Assembly (NCBI RefSeq): GCF_009914755.1
Contig: NC_060947.1
DNA: 64,000 nt
Direction: 5' to 3' (one strand)
Source of the DNA: the human T2T-CHM13v2.0 reference genome, Homo sapiens
The notes beneath the pieces were generated by a model. The model searched no databases and was not told the origin of the DNA. It worked only from the letters and a program-made list of their open reading frames with translations. Position 1 is the first letter of the stretch, and each line of letters starts with the position of its first letter. The position numbers were made by a program, and so were the translations under genes. Below, piece after piece: positions 13,383-32,740 of this stretch.

Positions 13383-14428
13383 CTGTCATGAGCTGAATGT
13401 TTGTGCCTCACCAAAATTTATATGACGAAGCCCTAACCTCCAGTGTGGCTGTATTTGGAGTAAAGAAAGAAGGTTAAATGGGATCATAGGATGGGGTCAT
13501 TGATGTAATAGGATTAGTGTTCCTATAAGAAGAGACATCAGAGTACATGCTCACTCCTCACTCTTGTGTTCTCTCTCTCTCTCTCTCCCTCCCCCCTCCC
13601 CACCCCATGGAGGCACTGAGAAAGGCCACATGAGGACGTGGTGCAACTGCCCAGTGGGTTCTTCTTGCCTGCTACTCAGATAGAGTCAATTTATCAAGAC
13701 AGGGGAATTACAATAGAGAAAGCATTTAATACAAGTAGAGCCAGCTAAATGGAAGACCAGAGTTTTATTATTACTCAAATAAGCCTCCTCAAAAATTTGG
13801 AGGCTACGGTTTTTCAAAGGCAGTTTGGAGGGCAGGGGTGTGAAAAATGGTCCTTGTGTGTAGAGTCTGCTTCTAGGTGAGGGCCACAGGACTGGTTGAG
13901 GGTCAGGGTGGGGCCATCCAGTTATCAGAAATGCAAAAGCCTGAAGAGACATTTCAAAAGGCCAGTTTTAGGTTCCACAATAGTAATGTTAATTACAGGA
14001 GTAATTGAGGAAGTTGCAAATCTTGTGACCTCCAGAAATCTGGTTGTCTTTCATTTGTTTTACAAAAGTGGTTTGGTTTGTGGGAAGGGCTGTTATCATT
14101 TAAACTATAAATTTCTTCCAAAGTTAGATTGGCCCATGCCTAGGAATAACCAAGGGCAGTTTGGAGGTTAGAGGTAAGATGGAGTTGGTTAGATCGGATC
14201 TCTTTCACTGTCATAATTTTCTTACTGTTATAATTTTTGCAAAGGTGGTTTCTATAGTGAGAAGATAGCCATCTGTAAGCCAAGAAGAGAGCCCTCATCA
14301 GAAATAAACTTTGCTGGCACCTTGGTCTCAGACTTCAAGCCTCCAGGACTCTAAGAAAATAAATTCCAGTGATTTAGGTCACCTAGCCTATGATATTTGG
14401 TTTTGGCAGCATGAACAGGCTAAGAAAT
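13383..14428 (+). mobile_element. MaLR LTR (MLT1A-like), split by LTR8
   Basis: tgtcatgagctgaatgtttgtg start; resumes at gagaagatagccatctg after 14255. Confidence 0.7.
13642..14253 (-). mobile_element. ERV1 LTR8-like solo LTR
   Basis: atttatcaagacaggggaattacaatagagaaag...ttttgcaaaggtggtttc; homologous to 19339-20247 and 57682-58359. Confidence 0.8.
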
Positions 14429-14578
14429 CTTTGTTGGGTGAAGCCATTATAATCTACAGATCAAAACCCACTTTTCTCAGTTTGCAGCTGCTCAACAGAT
14501 AACATTGGGACACGTGGAAGGAACCTGAATTTAAAAACAATTGTGTTCATTTTTCTCTGATTATAAAATAAACATATT

Positions 14579-15220
14579 GGGCCAGGCATGGTGGCTCATG
14601 CCTATAATCCCAGCACTTTTTTTACGGGCGGAGGGTGTCCATGTTCTTGGCGTCTTGAGCAAAGAATTGGAAAAAACGCACAAACAAAGCAAGGAAAAAA
14701 TGAAGCAACAAAAGCAGAGATTTATCGAAAATGAAAGTACATTCCATAGGGTGGGAGCGGGTCTGAGCATAGAGACTCAAGAGCCCCGGTACAGAATTTT
14801 CTGGGGTTTAGATACCCTTTAGAGGTTTCCATTGGTTACTTGGTGTACGCCCTGTGTAAATGAAGAGGATATTTCCTGTCATAGGTAAAGTGTTTCCATT
14901 TAATTTAGTTCTAGGAAGTCCATAGGTTCCTTACCTCCAGGCCCTGTTCTTCTGCCTCTCTTTGGGAGACCAAAGTGGAAGGACTGTTTGAGCTCAGGAG
15001 TTTGAGACCAGCCTGGGTAACACAGTGAGACCTTGTCTCTACTAAAAATAAAAAAAATTAGCCGGGTGTGGTGGCGCACACTGGTAGTCCCAGCTACTCA
15101 GGAGGCTGAGGCAGGAGGATCACTTGAGCCTGGGAGGTCAAGGCTGCAGGGAGCCATGATCACACCACAGCACTCCAGCCTGGGCAACAAAGTGAGACCC
15201 CATCTCAAAAAAAATAAAAA
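14579..15220 (+). mobile_element. AluJ-like interrupted by MER51B
   Basis: Alu reads ...cccagcacttt [LTR] ctttgggagacc... and continues to its A tail. Confidence 0.9.
14620..14959 (-). mobile_element. ERV1 MER51B-like solo LTR
   Basis: Homologous to 18351-18918; 4-bp TSD cttt inside the Alu. Confidence 0.8.
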
Positions 15221-16647
15221 GTAGGTTTATTGTAAGAAAAAATTAGAAATTTTTAAAGAAAAGTTCTAAAAGGTTTCAAAATCATAATGAAGAAAGTAAA
15301 ATTACCTGCAGTTCCTTCACTCAGAGATACCATGGTTAATATTTGGGTAAATTTATTTTTATTATTTTTCTATATATGACAGTGTATATACACACACAAA
15401 TAGAATTGGAATAATGCTGAACCATAGTGCCTTATATTCTTTTTTCCTCTCATTTAACATTTCTTGGAGCGAATTGCTTTCCACAGATGTCTTTTCCTTC
15501 AGAATGATTTCTCCCCTAGGCTTTTGACTTCCTGATCTCCAGCCTGTTTTGAGCCAGCTCCAGCCTGTTTCAGGGCCTGGCTCTAAGCCCAAAGGAGCTC
15601 TGTCCTTGTAGACGTTCCCCAGGCCATGTGACTTTCTCAGCAACTCTGTTTTCACCTGCAAACTCCCTCAGGGAGGTAAGAGGAAATGATGGCTCTGGGG
15701 AGCAGGTAGAAGAAGTGAACTAGAACCTGTGACTGCCACAAATCACAGACTCAAGTTCTCCTTTACTAAAGCACAGCAATAGAACCCAAACCATAGGCTA
15801 TATGATTTGCGTGGAAGGAGCAAGGGAATGCAAATGGACTCTGGGATGATGACAAACGTCTGAGATTAATAATGATCCAATGAGAAATGCCAAAAGTGAG
15901 GCACCAAATTATACCCTAGCTGTGATTTCAACTTCAGCAAAAATATGCGTGGGTTACACAAAAGTGGGACTGTAGTGCTCTAAACTTCTTGAGGAATGGT
16001 TACATTAACATTCCATTGTGTTTTCCATCTCATTAAATATTCTTTGAAAGAATTACTTTTTAAAAAACAGAATAGCTTTTAAAAGACAGCCTGCTTTTCA
16101 CATTAAGAATGACAGAAAATATATAGAACATCTCAAAGAAATAATGCAATTGGAGCTTCAAGTGGTGGAGGGTGTATTTTAAGCCTGAGCTACATGAAGG
16201 GACCTGAGGGTGAGGGCACTTTAAAACACCAATGATAGGGGAGTGGGGCAGGAATTGTAAGGGCATGTAAAGAGGGTGTTTGATCTGATTTTACCAAACT
16301 CTCTGAAGATCAGTGAGATCTCAGCTGGCCATACAACATAGTGATTATAGCCTGTGGCCTCTGAAGTCAGATATACTGCACTGACAACATGGCTCCAATA
16401 CTTAATAGCTTTGTGAACTTGGGCAAGTCAATTAAGCATCCATGCCTCAGTTTCCTCATCTATTAAACGGGGATGATAATAGTACCTGCTTTATAGGCTT
16501 GTTGTTAGGCTATAGATATTTCTGAAGGTTGCATGAAATAATATCTGGAAAGCAATTAGTATAGTACCTGAGACAAAGTTAAGTGCTCAATCAATGTTAA
16601 TGTTAACTATCATCATCATCACTACCTGTGTTACAAAAGTAATAGAA

Positions 16648-16936
16648 TTTTTTTTTTTTTTTTTGAGACAGGGTGTCGTCGTGTCACCCAGGCTTGAGTG
16701 CAGTGGCGTGATCATGGCGCGCGGTGGCCTCAACCTCCCAGGCTCAAGTGATCCTCCCATCTCAGCCTCCCAAGTAGCTGGGACCATGGGCATGTACCTG
16801 TACCACCACACCTGGCTAATTTTTTATTTTATTTTTTGTAGAGACAGGGTGGTCTCAAACTTACAGACACAAGTGATCCTCCTGCCATGGCTCCCAAAGT
16901 GCAGTGATTACAGGTGTGAGCCACCATGCCCAGCCT
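16648..16936 (-). mobile_element. AluJ-like
   Basis: Antisense Alu, TSD aaaagtaataga. Confidence 0.9.
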
Positions 16937-17149
16937 AAAAGTAATAGATTTATTGAATTGATTTATTGAATATATAACTACCATGTTTCCTCAATTCTAT
17001 GATTTACTATTTTTCTAATTTCTGAAACTGGGACTCATCATACCATCACTTTACATTTACATTTAAAGTTGTTTTTCTTCCTCACTAAAAAAAAAAACGA
17101 AAAAAAAAATTAAAAACTAATTCAAAACCATGCTCTAGGTTGGTATTTC

Positions 17150-17290
17150 TAGACTTTAATGTGGGGATTTGTTAAAATGCAGATTCTGATTCAGTGGGTC
17201 TAGGGTAGAGCCTAAGATTCTGCAGTTCTAATGAGCTCCCAGGTAATGCCAGTGCTGCTGGTCCTTGGACCACACTCTGGGCAGCAAGGG
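17150..17290. mobile_element. hAT MER5-like MITE
   Basis: aaatgcagattctgattcagtgggtctagggt...ggaccacactctg. Confidence 0.75.
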
Positions 17291-17499
17291 TCTAGCTCTC
17301 TGAACTGTAACTAGTCTGAGCCAGAGGCCATAGGTTGGAATAGTAGCCATATTGGAGTCAGGCCCTTGAAGCAGCCTTCTTGATGTAGCAAGCTCCCGTT
17401 CCAATAGGCATGGGACTGAGGATTTAGAACAGTGCTGAATCTGTAGGTTAAAAAAAAAATTGTCTGACTCTTTAGGTAAAAAAAAAAAAAAAAAAAAAA

Positions 17500-18104
17500 T
17501 GTTGATGAAAAGAGTCAAACTCTGTAAAATATTTGAAAAGATTTATTCTGAGACAAATATGAGTGACCATGGCCCATGACGCAGACCTCAGGAGATCCAG
17601 AGAACATGTGCCCAAGGTGGCTAGGGTGCAGTTTGGTTTTACACATTTTAGGGAGACATGAGACTTCAATCAAATACATTTAAGAAATACATTGGTTTGG
17701 TCCAGAAAGGCGGGACAACTCAAAGCTGGGGTGGGGGAAGTGGGCTTCTAGGTAGACTTAAAAATTTTCTGGTTGACAATTGGCTGAGTTTATCTAAAGA
17801 CCTGGGATCAATAGAAAGGAATGTCAGAGTTAAGATAAGAAGTTGTGGAGACCAAAGTTTAATCATGTAAATGAAGTCTCCAGGTGGCCTGCTTCAGAGA
17901 GAATAGATTGTAAATGCTTCTTATCAGACTTAAAGGTCCCTGTTGATGTTAACGCTGGAGAGGTATAATAAGGCATGTCCAACCCCCTCACTTTCTGTCA
18001 TGGCCTGAACCAGTCTCTCAGGTTAAATTTTAAAAGAGTGCCCTGGCTGAGGAGAAAGTCCATTCAGATGGTTGGGGGACCTTAGAATTTTATTTGTGGT
18101 TTAC
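17500..18104 (-). mobile_element. ERV1 MER4-group solo LTR
   Basis: Reverse-complement homology to 12715-13357 (cttagaattttatttgtggtttac end). Confidence 0.8.
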
Positions 18105-18350
18105 TGGGAGGTAGTGAGTGTTCCCAAATTAGCATCTGTGATTACTTCATAACAAAAGAGAGTTTAAAGGGACGTCTCATGTAACAGCCATGTCAGCCAT
18201 TCTGAATTGGAACTGTTTTGATTCCAGGAGTTCTGAAAAGGAGATCCAGAGACCTTGGCCTTGTTGGTTTACCTCTAGTCAAGCCTTACTAATTGGAATC
18301 TTCTGCAGTCACCCCACACATACTCAATGTGTAGGGGACAGACTTCCAGT

Positions 18351-18918
18351 TGAGGCAGGAGAATAGGGCCTGGAAGCAGGGAACCTAAGGCCAATTAATG
18401 CTGACTTCCTAGAACTAAATTAAAAGGAAAACCCCAACTTTCCGCACCTAAGTAACAAAAGGATGCGAGGCTACTCCTTTTGCAACCTCCCCCTACTCCA
18501 CGCACCGCCCCACCCTATCCCCCTCTCCGAGTATTCTGCCTGGCAGATGGAAAATTGAAAATATCTCTGATTGGTTGCTTTCTGCAACCAATCAGACGTT
18601 TGCATAGGTGTGTAACTTTGTAACTTCATTTCAGCCTCTGATAGTTGCTTTCCACAACCAATCAGACTGATCATGGGCCACTACTTCATTTACATAGGGT
18701 GTATATCAAGCAACCAATGGGAAACCTCTAGAGAGTATTTAAATCCCAGAAAAGTCTGTAATGGCCCTATGCTCGGGCCATTCCCACCCTGTGTAGTGTA
18801 CTTTTGTTTTCAGTAAATCTCTGCTTTTGTTGCTTCATTCTTTCCTTGCTTTGTTTGTGCATTTTGTCCAATTCTTTGTTCAAAACAACAAGAACCTGGA
18901 CACCCTCCACGGGTAACA
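18351..18918 (+). mobile_element. ERV1 MER51A-like solo LTR
   Basis: TGAGGCAGG...GGTAACA termini, perfect TSD cagt, several CCAAT boxes. Confidence 0.85.
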
Positions 18919-19338
18919 CAGTCTCAGATCTCCACCTAGAGTAAGAGTAAAACCAGCCCCTCCGACTAACTCTATCCATTCAACAAACAAATACAGGTTT
19001 TTCTACTTCCTTCTCTTCTCCTACTTCATACAGACAGGCATCAAGGCCTGGGGACTGTTAATTCATAACGTTTTTGTGATCTGGTTCCTCCTTTGTTAGT
19101 ATAGCCTCTAGCTCTCTCCTGTACTGCAACAGCCTCCTACTGCCCCCTACCCCAACAATTTCCCCACCCTACACTGTTCTGCCCAATGTTCACATTAATT
19201 TTTGCCTAAAACATCTCCATTTCCCACACTGCTTTAGTATCTTTCCACAATCATTGCATTTGCCATTTACTGCGTGAATGAATCTTCCACTTCTAGTCCC
19301 ATCTTACTGTTGTCCTTCTAAGTACACCATCCTCATTC

Positions 19339-20247
19339 TGAAGCTACCCTTGCAGAAATTATAAGTGAGAAAATGATGACAGTGACAGAGATCTGATCTA
19401 ACTGACTCCATCTTGCCCGGGCTGGAGTTTAGTGGTGTAATCTTGGCTCACTGCAACCTCCGCCTCCTGGGTTCAAGCAATTCTCATGCCCCAGCCTCCC
19501 AAGTAGCTGGGATTACAGGCATGTGCCATCACGCCTGGCTAATTTTTGTATTTTTAGTAGAGATTTATTTATTATAGAGATTTATTTATTATTAGTCGAG
19601 ATTTATTTATTATTAGTTTCACCATGTTGGCCAGGCTGGTCTGGAACTCTTGACCTCAAGTGACCCACCCGCCAGCCTCCCAAAGTGCTGGTATTACAGG
19701 CATGAGCCACTGTGTCTTGCCTAATTTATAGTTTAACTTTGAAACAAAGACAATAACAACCCCTCCCTGAAACAAACCTCTTTCTTGCCTGGGGACCAGA
19801 CTACCTTTGTAGGACTAACAAATTAGCCACAATATTTGCAACTTCCCCAATTACTCTTGCAGATTACATCACTATTGTAGAATCTAAGATTGGCCTTTTG
19901 AGATGTCTTTTCAGGTTTTTGCATTTCTGACAGCTGACCGCTCCACCTGGATTTGGCAACTGGCCCTGTGGCCCCACTCAGGAAACAACTCAGTGCAAGA
20001 GGACAATTTCAACTCCCTGTGATTTCATCTTTGACCTGACCAAGCAGCACTCCCCACTCCGTAGCCCCCTGCCTTTGTCCTTGAAAAACCCTAGTCTCCA
20101 AATTTTTGATTTGAGTAATAATAAAACTCTAGTCTCCCATTCAGTCAGCTCTGTGTGAATTAAACTCTTTCTCTATTGCAATTCTCCTGTCTTGATAAAT
20201 CCGCTGTATCTGGGCAGCAGGCAAAATAAACTCATTGGGCCGTTACA
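19339..20247 (+). mobile_element. ERV1 LTR8-like solo LTR containing an antisense AluS (19417-19722)
   Basis: TG...CA termini with perfect TSD attc. Confidence 0.85.
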
Positions 20248-20759
20248 ATTCACAATTGACACTTTGATTCATTCTGAGCTTCCCACCCACAGTACCTTCT
20301 CTCTTCCAGGAAAGAGTTTTAACAATAGCTAAGAGTAACTACTATTTATTGAGTACTTATTCCATGCCTAGCTCTGTGTTAAGCACTTGCATAGATAATT
20401 ATTTATTACAGTAGCCCTATAAGCTAGATATCTTATAATTATTCCCATTGATGTGAGGAAACTAAGGCTCAAATAATTTATCCCAGTATGTTTCTAGATA
20501 TGTGGACTCTGCCCTTGTCTTTTATTACTGATTCCTTCTCCTTCTCCCTATTTAAATACCATCTTACTACTTTCAAAGCATATAGGAAATACATTAACTA
20601 AGCTTTGATTCTTTGAAGTGTTTCTGGATTCTGATTTCATAAACACATTATTTATAGTTTGCATGTTGATTGTAGGGAAATGGTACCTTTAAAGCTTTTG
20701 AAGGACTTTTAAGCCATTTTGTTCATATAAATTGCTTAGTCATTTTCTTTGCAGTCTTT

Positions 20760-21204
20760 TTCTTCAATTACTATTTTAGATTTAAAGGTTACATGTGCAG
20801 GTTTGTTACATGGGTATATTGCATGATGCTGAGGTTTGGGGCACAATGATCCCATCACCCAGGTAGTGAACATAGTACCCAATAGATAGTTTCAACCCTT
20901 ACCCCCTCCCTCTCTCCTACCTCTAACAGTCTTCAGTGTCTATTGTTGCCATCTTTATGTCCATGTGTACCCAATGTTTAGCTCCCACTTACAAGTGAGA
21001 ACATGCAATATTTGGTTTCCTGTTCCTGCATTAATTTGCTTAGGATTATGGCCTCCGGCTGCATCCATGTTGCTGCAAAGGACATGATTTCATTTTTTTA
21101 TGGCTGCAAAGTATTCCATGGTGTGTAGGTACCAGACTTCCTTTATCCATTCCACTGTTGATGGGCACCTAGGTTGATTCCATGTCTTTGCTATTGTAAA
21201 TAGG
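20760..21204 (-). mobile_element. L1 3' end (old L1PA-type)
   Basis: L1 3' UTR motifs; TSD tctttgcagtcttt. Confidence 0.85.
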
Positions 21205-21920
21205 TCTTTGCAGTCTTTATTACTGCTGATTTGCTCGGCAAACCCTTCCTTCCTGGATATTGTAAAAGCTGAACCTTAGCCATGCCCCTGTCACAAGCAT
21301 CCCAATCATGACTCAGAGGAAACAGAATGAGTGCCTGGTGCTTGTGTTTCTAGCAGAGTGACACTCGGGCACACAGCAGTGTCTCTGCAGCTCTAAGGAG
21401 GGAAGTGAGACTGTAGGGTTGGGGAGATAAAGGGCTTTCCCTTTTTGACTCTTTATACTTCGATATCACTTTTCTTTTTACAATGAATGTTATTTATTAC
21501 TTGTGTAAGAAAAAGCAATACAATTATTTCTTTTAAAATAAAAGACAACAAATAGGAAAGATTAGAGAGGAGCTACAGAAGAATCATAATCATGCAAAGC
21601 TAGTTATCTCCAGCAATAAGCAAGGAGATGCCATTTGTTACCTACCAGAATGGTAAAAAACAAAAAAGTTGGGTAATGCTTGTGTTTGACAAAGCATGAG
21701 GAGGAATAGATGCTATCCTCTACTGTTGGAAGAAGCTCATCTTGGTATAGGTTCTTTGGGGACAATTTTGCAGTGTGCATCAGAACTTACCATGTATTTA
21801 TCTTTGACTCAACAATACTACTGCTAGGAGTTTACTGTATGGATATATGCTCAAAAGCATGTCATGATGTAAGCATGTGAGGATGTTTACTGCAGAATTT
21901 TTTCATAATGGCAAAAACTA

Positions 21921-22249
<329 letters not shown>

Positions 22250-22864
22250 TTAAATAAAACACAGTTCATCCATTAATATTAAGAACATTAAGGACTATTT
22301 AAAAGCAAGAGGCAGAGTGTAGTGCTGAAGTAGAATGATCTCAATGATGCACTGTTAAGTGTAACTGCAAAAAACTGAATATAACATACAACCATTTGTG
22401 TCTTTTTTTTTTTTCCTGGAAGAATACACAAAAACTGTCAAAAGTAAAATTATATTTGAGTAGAAGGACTAGAGTTCTGGGACCAGGGAGCTTTTAATTT
22501 TAAATTTTAACTTCCCGTACTTTGCAAATATTTTATCATGTGCCTGAATAACTTTTAAATAAACACCAAAACACCGTTCTAAAACATCAAATGAGTCATC
22601 GACAGACTTGAAAAGCCTGGTTTATGGACTAAATGTTAAGAACCCTTATCTTAGGGGGAAGAACCTGCCCAAATATTCAATATTCAATTTCTTCAGTCTG
22701 GTAGTGCCTCAAGATCAAAGGTTCTCTAGGGACACTGAGACACTGGTGGAAGGTTAATGCCCTTGAACGCCACCCTTGGGCTAATACTCTTTGGGAAACA
22801 AGGGCCAAATGAGTATTAGAACACTAGGAGATAGCTTTAACTAGCCAGCTGTAGATTTCTTCTC

Positions 22865-28200
<5,336 letters not shown>

Positions 28201-28670
28201 GTACAGGGGAGGGAGGGAAGATAACACCTACACCTGGTATTACAACTTTCCTTCTCATTTCAGATGACCTTTTTTCTTTTTCCATTTCACAGCTCACAAA
28301 CTGCACCCCTTCAACAACTGCTTCCACAAGCAAACTTTCGAGGCTACTAGCAATACTTCCTTATTTCTCAAGTATTTAACCTATGTGAAACTGGGCTACC
28401 ATTTTTATTAGGTTCTTATCTTTTTGTGCATATCATGGATGAAGGCTTTGAGCACTGTACCCCTAACCCTATTTTCCCCCATAAGCCCTGTGGTTTGTAT
28501 TGCACAAATCTGCATAGCATTATGATTTTGAGGACTGTATATGTCCCATTATAGTGGGACTTACTGTATCTAAGAGACCTCTTCAGAACTGAGCAACCAC
28601 TTTCAGAACTATCCCATTATAACTCAAAGATCTCCTTCAACAGTGCCTTTATATTTAATTTAGAGTGGCT

Positions 28671-28800
28671 GACCGGGCATGGTGTAATCCCAACACTTTG
28701 GGAGGCTGAGGTGGGCGGATCGCTTGAGCCCAGGAGTTTGAGACCAGCTTGGGCAACATAGGGAGACCTCGTCTCTAATAATAAAAAATAATAATAATGA
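28671..28800 (+). mobile_element. Alu monomer (FLAM-like)
   Basis: Single arm with (TAA)-rich tail. Confidence 0.85.
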
Positions 28801-31800
28801 TTAATAGAGAGGCCAAAACTGCCCTTTAAGTGCTTGTAAAGTAGATTTGTTCCTTATTTACAATAAAAAAGTAAAGCTCAAATATAAAAAAGTCAGGACA
28901 AGTTTAAAAAACCAGTATCATTGATATTTATTGAGTGCCCCCTATGTGGCACGTGTTGGGCATACATTACCTCTAGTGCACACCCACAGCAATCCTTTAA
29001 GGGAGGGATTTTCAACTTCATTTCACTTATAAGGAAAACGGGCTCACAAAAGGGGCAGGTTCTTGCCAACATCATTCATTGATGCAGGTGCATTCTATAC
29101 TCCTTTTGCTGCACCACACTGGCTCCCAATGTGTGAGTAACTGAACGGACCCTATAAGTGCAGGTACTAGAATGCTTGTAATTCCCTAGCACCCTGCATG
29201 ATGTTTCATGCTTCCATGCTTTTGCCTATGTTGTTCCTTTGCCTGGAACACCTTTACAGCCCTTTATTGCCTGGGAAATTCTTGGTCACCCTTCAAGAAT
29301 TTTGTATTCCTAGTGTTTAAGTATCCAGCCTGGCATAGAGTAGGCACTCAGAAAATATTTGTTGACCTGAAATGAATCAGAATACAGTGTTGTTCATAGG
29401 TAGCCCTCATTATTCAGGTGCTTAAGAGGCAGACATTTCCTAGTACAGATCATCTTATTGTTTTTCAAGGGGGAGGATGGTCACTTAATCTGGGACACCC
29501 AAGGGCAGCACCCCAATTTTGTTATCAACCAAGGGTCTTGTCTTTTATCTCTCATCACTCCTCCACCCCCAAATATATTTTCAGTACATTCACAGATTCT
29601 TATACTTTTGGTGATGGCTTCTGTTAACACTAGACAGGTTATTTAAACCTGAATACCCACTTATTACTCCACAGTTGTGAAGATCCACTTGTAGTTACCA
29701 CAGTGTTTGTGGCCCTAGCCAGGGCCATTCCCCAAACTAGAATCAAGCTACTTGGGAAGTAAAATCAGAAGTTTGCTTGGTCAATGTGGAGTCAAAACAA
29801 GAGAAAAGGAGTCATTTGGAGAGGCTCTGTCACTCAGGCTCTTGAGAAACCAGCACACTGATTGAAACATTTATCTCCTATATCCAGCATCTCTTTTCCC
29901 TAGGATAGTACTGGATAAACACCCAATCTATTTTATCTTTTGGAACCCTCATTTTTCTATGCTGGCCCCTCATCTTCTGTTGACACATCCTTTCCTTAGA
30001 GTGCTAAAATCGTTTGTTAATTTAGTTGTCATTCCCAGTGGTCTATAGGGATAGTCTGCCTCGTCCTATTATATATGACCAACAGCTCCACACTGTTTCG
30101 AATCTAGCAATCAACTAGATTCCCTTTGCTGAAAACTCAATAATAATAATAACTAATATCTATTAAGTACTTTCTCATTATCATGTACTGTGCAAAGCAC
30201 TTTACATGCATTATCTCATTTATTTTTAACAAGAGACACTACTATTATCCCCATTTTACAGATAAGGAAATTGAGGCAAAGTATAGTTAAGTTACTTGCC
30301 TATGGTAAGTAGGCAATTTTTGCTCTTAATAAGTGGCGAAGTCAGGACTTCCTCCCGTGTAACAAAAGATTGGTAAAATTTACTAATCAGTAAATTAGTA
30401 AAAGAAACTGGATCCTAGAGGCTGTCTTGATCTAACCAGGAGTATGTTTGTCCATTTGTTTACAAAATCTTAAATTATCTCACTGTTTGGCACATCTCAT
30501 GTGCATGAAATTCTGTACCAATATGGTTACTCCTCACCTATCCAAGGGTGAGAGGAAACATAGGTCTACTCTGGAAGATAATCCTTACTAAAATCCAACC
30601 AAACTTTGCTAAGTGGACTGTGACAAGATTATAAATGATATTTAAAAAAAAAAACATTTGGTCATCAATTTAAGGAAATAATTTGCCTACACAGATTTTT
30701 GTCATTTCAAAAAGGTAATATATTCCACTCTCATATGGTCCTTAGAATTAAAGCATAGCAAATAGAAAAGGAGAGGAAAAGAATATAATTGAGTGCTAAG
30801 GCAGAATATCTTGCCAGATGTAATGAAGATAGATTATACACTAAATATGTGCATAGAGTTTCATAGAGTTAACCAGATAACTGCTTGTATTTTTCACTTA
30901 CACAGACAAAATAGATTTTGCAGTTACCAGTTGTATTAAATGCATCAAATAAATCTCCTAAAATTGATACTATAAAGTGCCACCTTAAGTTATCTGGGAT
31001 GCAACTGTGTATCATTTTAAAATGGCTTTCACAAATGTATTTATTTATTTGAGACAGGGTCTTGCTCTGTCACCCAGGCTGGAGTGCAGTGCTGCGATCA
31101 TGGCTCACTGCCGCCTTGAACTCCTAGGCTAAAGTGATCCTGGCCATTCAGCCTCCCAAAGTGCTGGGACTACAGGATGAGCCACAGATTTATTTATTTA
31201 AACATAACATGAGGAAGGTATTAAAACCTTTCAGATTTTGGGAGGTATGAAGAAGGTGATGCTTAGAACCCTTCACAAGGATTCCACTAGAAGTGGATTA
31301 AGTGCTGTGCTTTGTGGATGTGACAATTAGTCAATGCCACCAGCTTGATGGATCTTTCTTTCTGTACCAAATCCCAAAAAATTCCATGCTTTCAGTGATC
31401 ACTAAAAGCTGAGCTCCATCTTCAGCTAGGTGGGTTAAGAATTCAATGCTCTCATTCAATCCCAGAGTGGTCCAGTGACTGCTACAACACCTGGCCTATA
31501 GGTGATGCTTATTAAATATTGGTTGAATGAATGGATGAATGAATGAGAAAAGAGATCTGGGAGCCTGACTTGCACTGGGTAAAATCCCAACAGACTGCCC
31601 AACAGAGCAAGGTGCAATATTGGGGAACACACCTGCGAAGTCAGTGGAACCTACGGATTGAATGTTCAGTGTATTCTCTCCTCAAAAAGAAAGATGACTT
31701 CGGAAATCTCAAATGCTGCTTCTGTTCCACAGTAGTAAACAAAGGGAGCTGTGTAACAAGATCTGAGATTATTATCAAGTTCTACGATCCTGATGCAGCC

Positions 31801-32596
31801 ATCTCCACTCTAAGGGTGTTTCTTCCCACAATTTATACATGTCAGCTTTCACCCTTCTCATTGACTAGAATGAAGGTAAGTGGTGAGCCAATCTGACCAT
31901 GAAGATGAGAGTAATGTCAGAGAGTGGATGGAGCAAGAAGACAGAAGCAGGTTGGATCCCTGACAATTTTAAAGAGTAGAGCCACCGTAATGGCTTAGAC
32001 CTTTATGTGCGGGAAAAATAAACTCCCATCTTATTGAAGCCACCATTATTTTGGATCTTTCCATTGTAGAAGCTACTAACATTGTACCACTTTCTGAGAA
32101 AGAGTTTATTTCTGCAGATTACTGATCTCATGCATTTTGTTTGATTCTTCCAATTCTTACTCATGCAGGGTAACTTTACATTTGAATGAAAGATTAAGTC
32201 AACAAATATTTGTTGAGAACTCACCTGTGCCAGGCATTGTGCTAGGAGAACTGTGTTGTACTGTGTGTGTGCTATGAACATCTATTGCACAGACCTGTTG
32301 CAAAGATTAAAGGTGTGTGATTAAAGCTAATGTGTGTGAAAATGCCTAGAGCAAATGATAAGCACAGAACAAGTACGTATGTGTTTTATTCGGAAACCCA
32401 CATTGACTTTTGCTGCTTTTGGTTCTCAAAGATAAGCAGGTACCTCTGAAAAGATTGTTAATTTCTGAATTCAGTATCAGTGTCAGTGGGGGAGAATACC
32501 TGTAGGTCTGAAAAACAAAATCTCTGGTGAGAGAGGCACTTGTAGTAGAACAAATAAGCATCAGAACTAATGCTAATTCTAGGCACGATAGATCCA

Positions 32597-32688
32597 TTTC
32601 TTTTCTTTTCTTTCTTTTCTTTTCTTTTCTTTCCCTTTCTTTCTCTCTTCCCTCCCTCCCTTCCTTCTTCTTTTTCTTTCTTTCTTTC

Positions 32689-32740
<52 letters not shown>

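Noticed and set aside
12715-20247. One large inverted duplication explaining the paired LTRs, or a provirus between them
   Set aside because: The order is not mirror-symmetric, subfamilies differ, LTRs have their own TSDs, same-family pairs are in opposite orientation, and no internal ERV coding sequence is visible.
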